Shown: positions 1 to 7,412 of the stretch, piece after piece
Layout: each line of letters opens with the position of its first letter
Numbering within the stretch: the stretch's first letter is position 1
From: Nitrospirota bacterium
Lineage (GTDB): Bacteria; Nitrospirota; Thermodesulfovibrionia; Thermodesulfovibrionales; Dissulfurispiraceae
Length of the DNA: 35,557 nt
NCBI GenBank assembly: GCA_040758355.1
Contig: JBFLWF010000024.1
Location: forward strand, 1-35,557
Direction of reading: 5' to 3'
The notes under the pieces: model-generated
Seen by the model: the letters and a program-made list of their open reading frames with translations, nothing else
Databases searched by the model: none
What the model was told of the DNA's origin: nothing
Position numbers and translations under genes: made by a program

Positions 1-92
1 AAATTCGTGTTATACAGAGAAGGGCTTACGGTCTCAGAGACGAGGAGTATCTGCGCCTGAAAATACTTACATGTATGCTCAAGGAGATATAA
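1..92 (+). CDS. ISL3-family transposase, C-terminal fragment (runs off the window start)
   Basis: Frame from position 3 reads IRVIQRRAYGLRDEEYLRLKILTCMLKEI*, matching the ISL3 C-terminal (NNKI)RVIxRRAYG motif; TAA at 90-92. Confidence 0.85.
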   Translation, partial: IRVIQRRAYGLRDEEYLRLKILTCMLKEI

Positions 93-120
93 AATGACCC
101 ACTCGATTACACGAAGAGCC
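1..120 (+). mobile_element. Right end of an ISL3-family IS
   Basis: Transposase stop is followed by CCCACTCGATTACACGAAGAGCC; its reverse complement begins GGCTCTTCG, a typical ISL3 terminal inverted repeat. Confidence 0.8.
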
Positions 121-171
121 AAGATTACAAGTCTGAAAGATACTTCCAATAAAACAAGGATTGAAACTTCA

Positions 172-618
172 CAGAGCGGAAGTGCAGAAGCACGGAAGCT
201 CGGAAGCAACTTCTGATATAATTTCAATATGGCGAAATATAAAGACCTCATAGTCTTTCAGAAAGCTGATGAACTTGCCTTTCAGATATACAGACTTACA
301 GAAACTTTCCCAAAACATGAAACTTTTGGATTAACCTCGCAAATCAGGAGAGCGGCATTGTCTATACCTACCAATATTGTTGAAGGATATGCGAGAAAAA
401 GCAAGAAAGAACTTGCTCAATTTATAAATGTTGCACTTGGTTCTCTTGCTGAAACCGAATATCTTCTGGACTTTTCTAAAAAGCTTAACTATCCCAAGAC
501 TGATACCTATGAGATTGAAAAATTGCTTGAAGAAGTTGGAAAACTCCTCTGGAGCTTTTATCGCTCACTTTAAGACGTTTTTTACTTCTGAACTTCCGCA
601 CTTCCGAGCTTTTGCACT
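172..618. repeat. Inverted 8-mer tandem arrays flanking the four-helix-bundle gene
   Basis: Left: CGGAAGTG CAGAAGCA CGGAAGCT CGGAAGCA (~177-208). Right: ACTTCTGA ACTTCCGC ACTTCCGA GCTTTTGC ACT (~584-618), approximately the reverse complement. Confidence 0.85.
229..573 (+). CDS. Four helix bundle protein (23S rRNA intervening-sequence protein / TIGR02436-like, Avd-like fold)
   Basis: YKDLIVFQKA...FPKHETFGLTSQIRRAALSIPTNIVEG...GSLAET family signature. Confidence 0.93.
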   Translation: MAKYKDLIVFQKADELAFQIYRLTETFPKHETFGLTSQIRRAALSIPTNIVEGYARKSKKELAQFINVALGSLAETEYLLDFSKKLNYPKTDTYEIEKLLEEVGKLLWSFYRSL

Positions 619-651
619 ATTCGGGGCTACTTCCAATAAAACAAGGATTTA

Positions 652-1704
652 TTACAACGGCAGATACGCCTTTGGATTTAGATCTATGCCCGCGATATTT
701 CCTGTCTTGAAGTGATGATACCCTGCCGCTGCTATCATGGCCGCGTTATCCGTGCAAAAAGAAATCGAAGGCAGAAATAATTCAACTTCCCTTTTCTCTG
801 CCATTTCTTTCATGCGCCTTCTCAATTCACTGTTCGCAGAAACACCGCCTGACAATGCAATCTTTTTTATACCCTTCCTTACTACCGCCCATTCCACCTT
901 TCTCACGAGAACATCAACAACAGCGGCCTGAAAAGATGCAGCAATATCGTTTATGTTGATAGCTGACTGCTGACTGCTGACTGCTGACTTTACTGCCGTC
1001 TTTAATCCGCTGAAGCTGAAATCAAAGGATTCAGGGACATATGCCCTTGGAAAATCAAATGCCTTCGGGTCTCCTTCCCTGGCAAGTTTATCTATTACAG
1101 GTCCGCCTGGATAGCCGAGGCCAAGCAGCTTTGCCACCTTGTCATATGCCTCTCCTGCAGCATCATCCCTTGTCCTTCCGAGTTCTACATATTGTCCGAA
1201 GCCATTAACGATATAAAGGCTCGTATGTCCACCCGATACGATAAGAGATAAAAAGGGAAATGACAACTTGTTCTCAAGGAATACAGAAAACATGTGTCCT
1301 TCGAGATGATTTACTGCAACAATGGGTATTTTTTTTGCGTAAGCAATCGATTTTGCAAAGCCGCATCCAACAAGCAGGGAGCCTATCAGGCCCGGGCCGT
1401 AACAGACGGCAATTGCATCAATATCATCAAGGGTAATGCCGGCATTGTTTAATGCCTCGTCCACAACAGGCCATATCATCTCTATATGTCTTCTTGAGGC
1501 AAGTTCAGGCACTATGCCGCCGTATTTCTTATGTATGTCGGACTGCGAAGAAACTACATTGGAGAGTATTCGTTCTCCATCAACAACCACCGAAGCCGAT
1601 GTATCGTCGCAGGATGTATCGATGCCCAAAATCAGTGATGAGTGATGAGCGATGAGTGATGAGACGCTTAACGCATTACGGTCTTTAGCCTCCTCCATAT
1701 GCAT
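652..1704 (-). CDS. tsaD: tRNA threonylcarbamoyladenosine biosynthesis protein TsaD (start uncertain)
   Basis: ILGIDTSCDDT, GGIVPELASRRH, HLEGH, GRTRDDAAGEAYDK, TDNAAMIA motifs. Confidence 0.96.
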   Translation of the reverse strand: MHMEEAKDRNALSVSSLIAHHSSLILGIDTSCDDTSASVVVDGERILSNVVSSQSDIHKKYGGIVPELASRRHIEMIWPVVDEALNNAGITLDDIDAIAVCYGPGLIGSLLVGCGFAKSIAYAKKIPIVAVNHLEGHMFSVFLENKLSFPFLSLIVSGGHTSLYIVNGFGQYVELGRTRDDAAGEAYDKVAKLLGLGYPGGPVIDKLAREGDPKAFDFPRAYVPESFDFSFSGLKTAVKSAVSSQQSAININDIAASFQAAVVDVLVRKVEWAVVRKGIKKIALSGGVSANSELRRRMKEMAEKREVELFLPSISFCTDNAAMIAAAGYHHFKTGNIAGIDLNPKAYLPL

Positions 1705-2770
1705 GCAATCCGCTCAGAAGGAGATTCACTCCAAGGTATGTGAAAATGGTGCATACAAACCCGATTACCGCAACTATGGCTATCTTATGCCCTCTCCATC
1801 CCCGCAAAAATCTTGCATGGAGATAGAATGCGTAGACAAACCACAATATCAATGACCATGTCTCCTTAGGATCCCAGCTCCAGTATTTGCCCCATGCCTG
1901 GTCAGCCCATATGGCGCCGAAGATAAGCCCTCCCAGTGTGAATATGGGGAATCCTATGGCAATGTTTTTATAGGTCAGGTCATCGAGGAGATCAGGGGAT
2001 ATGGAAAATGACTCGATCAGTTTTTTGAGGGCATAACCGTATCTCCATACTAAATATACAAAGACAGCAGATGCAGCATAACTGAAAAGAACTATCAGGC
2101 CCGAAGCGCTTCTGAATGTTGCCTTGAACAGATAGCTCTTAATGAATGCCTCCGGAGTCCTTACCGCGATCTTAAATGTGAGGAAGTCTATGCCCATAGC
2201 AACGAGGATTGAAATGAATATTCCCAATGTTACGGTCCAGAATATATATGCCCCGCTCTTTTTGTTGTCTGTTGTTACGGCAAGATACATTATGGCTGTA
2301 GCAAAGGATATGGCAAAGGTCGCATATGCTATGAAGCTCAGGGTAACATGGGCCAAAAGCCAGTTGCTCTGAAGTGCCGGTATGAGGGGATGGATATGCT
2401 TGTCCATTCCGGATATGTCGATGAACGCAAGCGCCATGCCTGCTATGGGTGTGATGAATGCGCCGAAGGAACGGTTTTTATATTTCCACTCTATTATGAG
2501 ATAGCCCAATATCAGACACCATACGAAGAATATCAATGATTCGTAGAGATTTGTGAGGGGTATTGCCCTCATTATGCCCATTTGCCCTATATCATAAAAC
2601 TCCTTGCCCCTTATGAAAAATGCAATGGTCTGCGATATAAAACCTACGGACGTTATTGTCGTGGCTATGATGCCGACCGTTGAATTCCTGAAAACAAGGT
2701 ATGCTATATAAGCCACCATTGCGAGGATATATGCAATGCTCGATATTCCAAAAAACTGGGAACTATCCAT
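1685..2770 (-). CDS. ccsA: Cytochrome c biogenesis protein CcsA/ResC (system II)
   Basis: WWD-domain motif GAIWADQAWGKYWSWDPKETWSL, PALQSNWLLAHV, C-terminal GLHAY. Confidence 0.93.
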   Translation of the reverse strand: MDSSQFFGISSIAYILAMVAYIAYLVFRNSTVGIIATTITSVGFISQTIAFFIRGKEFYDIGQMGIMRAIPLTNLYESLIFFVWCLILGYLIIEWKYKNRSFGAFITPIAGMALAFIDISGMDKHIHPLIPALQSNWLLAHVTLSFIAYATFAISFATAIMYLAVTTDNKKSGAYIFWTVTLGIFISILVAMGIDFLTFKIAVRTPEAFIKSYLFKATFRSASGLIVLFSYAASAVFVYLVWRYGYALKKLIESFSISPDLLDDLTYKNIAIGFPIFTLGGLIFGAIWADQAWGKYWSWDPKETWSLILWFVYAFYLHARFLRGWRGHKIAIVAVIGFVCTIFTYLGVNLLLSGLHAYGGG

Positions 2771-4187
2771 GTAGACCTCCTAACAACTTCTCTATCTTTT
2801 GCTCAAAGGCTGCTTTATTCTTGTTGACTGATGCAGCAATGGTAACCTTTGTGCTGCCCTTTTCATCCTTGAGAGTGACCCATATCCTCCCATGGCTCAT
2901 AAAGAATGCCGCATATAGACCAACTGCCATGACAAGGGAACCTAAATATACAATCCATACGCCCGGGTCTTTCCTCACCTGCAATCCCGTATACTGGGCT
3001 CCCCAGAGGTCTTTGAATTCAACCATGCCGTCAGGCACTCTCCATGTCTGGGGGTATCGCTTGAGTATCCATTGGTTGTGCTTCGGCTTTCCGTTTTCTG
3101 TGAATTCAACAAATACTGCGGGATTATTCATCATCTCTGCATATGTGAACATTCTGCCTGCCTCATCAATGCCAAGTGCAGGGCTGAAATCGGCAACCTT
3201 GCCCATTATGTTTGTGCCCGGGATGTTGAACGACTCCCCGAATTTAAGTTGAACATCCTGCTTCTTGCCGTCATTGGAGGTCACACTGAATTTAAACAAT
3301 GAATCCTTTGTCGGTGAAAAACCATAGCTCGATTGATAAAATGTAATCCCCTTATATCTTAGCGGGCTATTAACATCTATCTCTGTTACCTCTTTGCCAT
3401 CTATTTTAACAGGCCTGCCGTTTTCTAAAATTGTAAGCCAGCTCTTGTATGACTTTGGGGTATCGGAGTTCTCGTAAAAAGATGTCTCAAAGTCATTGCA
3501 CCCTATCTCAAATCCAAGAGGGATTTCCTTGCCATTCCTCATATATGCAACTGCAGAGGTTGTGCCTTCCAATAAATTCAGTGATGCATTGAATCCGAAA
3601 AATATTCCCGCAACAGCGCCGATGAGTATAAGGATTATGCTGAAGTGTGTTACATAAACTCCGAGCCTGCTGTGTCTGCCCTTCTCCGCATATATCTGCA
3701 GCCCATTATCCTGCAGATGTATATTTGCCTTAAATCCGATACGCTTGAGAGCGGATTCCATAACTCCCTTTGCATTGTCGATCTTTCCCTTTAATACCAT
3801 CTCCCTTTTTATCGGCATGGTATTTAAAAGATCGATAGAGAGCGGCTTTATTGGTTCCTTAACAATATTCCATATCCTTGGAAGCCTGTCCAAAGAACAG
3901 ATGATGAGGTTTGCTGCAAATACAAACAGGAGGGCGATGAACCACCATGAATGGAACATATTGGTAAAGCCGAGGGAATCCAGTATTCTGAATACCGTTG
4001 GAGAGGCATCTCCAAAAAACTTCGAAAGGAGCTTTATGTTGCGCTCGGGCTCGGCCCCCTGTTCGATTATTGTTCCGACAATCGATGTAAGCGATATGAC
4101 CGAAAAGACAACAACAGCAAGGGTTATGGACGAGAAAAAGCTCCACACCCTGTCAACGACGCCCTGATTTTCTTTCTTGTTGCTCAC
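2763..4187 (-). CDS. resB: Cytochrome c biogenesis protein ResB/CcsB
   Basis: SIVGTIIEQ, FHSWWF, LIICSLDR, GVYVTHFS, VNSPLRYKGITFYQSSY, TGLQVRKDPG motifs; overlaps ccsA. Confidence 0.92.
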   Translation of the reverse strand: MSNKKENQGVVDRVWSFFSSITLAVVVFSVISLTSIVGTIIEQGAEPERNIKLLSKFFGDASPTVFRILDSLGFTNMFHSWWFIALLFVFAANLIICSLDRLPRIWNIVKEPIKPLSIDLLNTMPIKREMVLKGKIDNAKGVMESALKRIGFKANIHLQDNGLQIYAEKGRHSRLGVYVTHFSIILILIGAVAGIFFGFNASLNLLEGTTSAVAYMRNGKEIPLGFEIGCNDFETSFYENSDTPKSYKSWLTILENGRPVKIDGKEVTEIDVNSPLRYKGITFYQSSYGFSPTKDSLFKFSVTSNDGKKQDVQLKFGESFNIPGTNIMGKVADFSPALGIDEAGRMFTYAEMMNNPAVFVEFTENGKPKHNQWILKRYPQTWRVPDGMVEFKDLWGAQYTGLQVRKDPGVWIVYLGSLVMAVGLYAAFFMSHGRIWVTLKDEKGSTKVTIAASVNKNKAAFEQKIEKLLGGLHG

Positions 4188-4551
4188 TCTGTGCCCTCTC
4201 TCCCTTTTATTTATGAACTATACTTTATCCTTAATCGTGTGAATATTTTATGAAGGCAGTGTTTTCTTCATAAAGCGTTTGATGATACCATAATCCATAA
4301 TCTGTAGTCTAATATTTTTAGCATCCGTAATAATGGATGTAGAGCATGCTTCAAAAGCCTTTACAAAGGCTTAATCTTTATTTATGCCAGAGATAACTAA
4401 CGCATCACTCAATAAGTGAGCAATGTAGTAGATGACGGATTCAAGACAATGCAACTCAATATTCTGAGTGCAAAGTCTTTTTCAGCACACTCTACATCCA
4501 TATTTGAGATGTTTGGCCGCGGATTACGGCATATCATTACGAATTATGCTA

Positions 4552-6372
4552 TCAGTAAACTATGGCCTTTATGGGAATTGTCACAGTGAAAACAGAGCCT
4601 TTGCCCGGTGCGCTTTCCACATCTATCCTGCCGCCGAGGGCGTCCGTCAGCTTCTTCGATATAAACAAGCCAAAGGATGTCGGATAATTAGAAAATTCCT
4701 CGAATATCATCTCCATCATTTCAGGTTCGATGCCCGATCCGGTATCGGCAACCGATACTTCTATATACTCCACATTGTTCCTTATCGCATCCGAGCACAG
4801 GACGGTCACTGTCCCGACTTCTGTGGATCTTACTGCATTGGTGACGAGGTTGGTCAGTATTTGCTTTAATCGCTGCCTGTCTGTATATACAGGCTTATCC
4901 AGAAACACATCCTGACAGTCTACAATCAATTCTATTTCCTTTGTCCCTATGACATTCCTTGTAGCGTCTTCAATCTCTTTTAAGAGCCCGCACATATTGA
5001 ATTCCTCCTGCGAGATGGCGAGCTTTCCCTCTTCAAGCCGCGAGAGATCGAGGAGATCGTTCATTAATTGCAAGAGATTTTTTCCGTTAGAGAGGATTTC
5101 CTCAAGGGTTCTCCTGTTGTCCGGCGAAATATCTGCCCCGGTGTCGAGTATTGCTCCTGCGCCATGGACAATTGTATTTAAGGAGTTCCTCAGTTCATGT
5201 GACATTTTGCCAAAAACCATTGACCTCAGCCTGGACTGTTCCTTTGTCCTGATATTTTCCCTTAAGTTGGATTCCCGCTCCCTTAATTCCTCGATCATGC
5301 TTTCGAATGACTTCTTCAACTCCAGGAATTCTCCTTTGTAGTCTTTGCCAATATCCACGCTCAAGTCACCTGCAACAACCGATTTAACAGCATTTATCAG
5401 TTTAGATACAGGTTTTGTGATAAGCCTTTTTGCAAGGTATGCATTCTGTATTACAAACAGCAGAATTACCACACCGGCAAAGGAGAGATACATGATTAAC
5501 AGTATGGTGAACGGCCTTGCGACCTCGGACTTTTTGACCGTAGCGATCAGCCTGAATGGCGCCTGCTCAAGGTCTGCCACATAAAAGAATATGCCGTCTT
5601 TATACTGCACAATGTTCTGGCTGTCCTCCGGTATGTTGTACCTGATCTTTTTGGCATAAGCACCTTCTCTTGTCAGGACAATATTGCCGTCCCTGTCTAT
5701 CAGATCTATTTTTTCGCTTTTATACAAGCCATTTTTTATCTTTAAAAAACCTGTCAGATCATCGACCTTCGATGAAGCATAAAGCAGGGCTGTCATATTG
5801 TCATGCACATCAAACACCGGCGTTATAAACTCCATACTGTTATCCGAACCGGCATCGGCACCGAAACCCGCAACAGCCGTTGATTTCAGCCCCGGAGCCA
5901 TTTCTTTTAAAAACGTCCTGTCAGACCAATCAGCCCCGACAAGATCGTTACGGCTGCTTGAGACAACTCTCCCATCCATCGAAAGAAGACAAAGGGCATT
6001 ATATTTTTTAGACGAGGCCTTTTCTTCAAAGAGTTTTGAGATATCGAGCTGCGCTTGATTGAAGGTTTCCCTGGCCTTTCTACCTTTTGGAGATTTCTGG
6101 CTATCCTTCATCAGTATTGCAGCACCATCCCTGAATATGCCCAGCCTCGAAAAGTCTTCGAGGTCGGTTTTGTAATACTGAAACCACGAGTCCATTATCA
6201 GCTTTTTGTCTGACGACAGATTGATGAGATGCAGCTTATGAAAATCCTTTAGAAAATGCGAGTAGCCAAATACATAAAAACCAATGCCTCCGGCAATGAA
6301 AACAATTAGAATGATAAACAGGGGAAATAGAGAGAGCCTCGTATTCAGCCTCTGGAAAAACCTTACCTTCAT
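4552..6372 (-). CDS. Membrane sensor histidine kinase (Cache-like, HAMP, HisKA, HATPase)
   Basis: Two TM segments, HAMP, H-box MSHELRNSL, N-box QILTNLVTNA, G1 DTGSGI. Confidence 0.88.
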   Translation of the reverse strand: MKVRFFQRLNTRLSLFPLFIILIVFIAGGIGFYVFGYSHFLKDFHKLHLINLSSDKKLIMDSWFQYYKTDLEDFSRLGIFRDGAAILMKDSQKSPKGRKARETFNQAQLDISKLFEEKASSKKYNALCLLSMDGRVVSSSRNDLVGADWSDRTFLKEMAPGLKSTAVAGFGADAGSDNSMEFITPVFDVHDNMTALLYASSKVDDLTGFLKIKNGLYKSEKIDLIDRDGNIVLTREGAYAKKIRYNIPEDSQNIVQYKDGIFFYVADLEQAPFRLIATVKKSEVARPFTILLIMYLSFAGVVILLFVIQNAYLAKRLITKPVSKLINAVKSVVAGDLSVDIGKDYKGEFLELKKSFESMIEELRERESNLRENIRTKEQSRLRSMVFGKMSHELRNSLNTIVHGAGAILDTGADISPDNRRTLEEILSNGKNLLQLMNDLLDLSRLEEGKLAISQEEFNMCGLLKEIEDATRNVIGTKEIELIVDCQDVFLDKPVYTDRQRLKQILTNLVTNAVRSTEVGTVTVLCSDAIRNNVEYIEVSVADTGSGIEPEMMEMIFEEFSNYPTSFGLFISKKLTDALGGRIDVESAPGKGSVFTVTIPIKAIVY

Positions 6373-6427
6373 TAATTCATCCTTTCTTCAACCCAAATTA
6401 CGCAGGTATTGCCTAACATAACAATGT

Positions 6428-7321
6428 TTACTGCTTATATACAACAACCCGGTTTCTGCCACCTTCCTTTGCACTATAGAGAGCGCCATCAGCCTGTCCG
6501 ATGAGCCTGTCGGGTGAGAGTTCTGTCTCGCCATTGTATGTTGTGACGCCTATACTGATAGTAACGGACAGCCGTATATCGCCGCTTTCGCAAAGGAAGT
6601 TCTTATCCTGCACGGTGACCCTTAATTTTTCTGCGGCAGTGAGAGCGCCTTCAGGATTGGTATTGGGAAGCAATATAATAAATTCCTCTCCTCCGTATCT
6701 GGCAACGATGTCTTCTGCCCTGAGTACGGATAATAAGGCACTCGAAATCTGCTTCAGTATCTCGTCGCCGCAGCCGTGCCCGTAGGTATCGTTTATCTTT
6801 TTAAAAAAGTCTATATCGAGCATCATAAGGGAAAGAGGCTCTTTATACCTGACAGACCACGCCATCTCCTCAAAAAATCTCTCCATGAAAAATCTGCGGT
6901 TATAAAGGCCTGTAAGGTAATCCCTGTCCAGAAGCTTTTCGAGTTCCTTAACCCTGTCGCAGGCAAATGTGATATTGCTGATCCTTGCCAGAATCTCTTG
7001 TTTAAAAAACGGTCTGGAAATATAGTCATATGCGCCGAGTTCATATCCCTTTGTTAGTTTGAGATGCGCCCTTTTAGAAGCTATGAGGATCACCGGAATA
7101 TCCCTCGTGGAAGGCGCTGATTTCAACTGACTTAATATTTCGAGGCTGCCCGGTCTCGAAAGCTTCGCATCGAGAATAATAATATCGGGGAGTTCGGCAT
7201 AAACCCTGTCAATAACCTCGCTGCTGTTTTCCGCAAAGATGCATTCGTATCCCTCTTCGAGGAGCATCTTTCCGAGGACATCTTTCGTATCATTCGCATT
7301 GTCGGCAATAAGAACTTTCAT
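6428..7321 (-). CDS. Receiver-GGDEF diguanylate cyclase
   Basis: N-terminal REC domain; DYLTGLYNRR, DIDFFKKINDTYGH, RAED I-site, ARYGGEEF. Confidence 0.93.
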   Translation of the reverse strand: MKVLIADNANDTKDVLGKMLLEEGYECIFAENSSEVIDRVYAELPDIIILDAKLSRPGSLEILSQLKSAPSTRDIPVILIASKRAHLKLTKGYELGAYDYISRPFFKQEILARISNITFACDRVKELEKLLDRDYLTGLYNRRFFMERFFEEMAWSVRYKEPLSLMMLDIDFFKKINDTYGHGCGDEILKQISSALLSVLRAEDIVARYGGEEFIILLPNTNPEGALTAAEKLRVTVQDKNFLCESGDIRLSVTISIGVTTYNGETELSPDRLIGQADGALYSAKEGGRNRVVVYKQ

Positions 7322-7412
7322 GACTAATTATAACCCAAGTTTATGTTATTAAGTTATTAAGTTATCGAGTTATTTCCAAATTACTCATTTACTTATTTAC
7401 TCATTTACTTAA

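Larger units (their letters stand above)
131..654 (+). CRISPR. Probable trailer end or remnant of a CRISPR array: one intact 37-nt repeat and one degenerate repeat
   Basis: GTCTGAAAGATACTTCCAATAAAACAAGGATTGAAAC (131-167) has the GT...ATTGAAAC ends typical of type I/III repeats. Its 22-nt core TACTTCCAATAAAACAAGGATT recurs exactly at 628-649. No cas genes are in the window. Confidence 0.65.

Noticed and set aside
229..573. Diversity-generating retroelement, or a 23S rRNA intervening sequence
   Set aside because: No reverse transcriptase, TR/VR pair or rRNA sequence is visible in the window.
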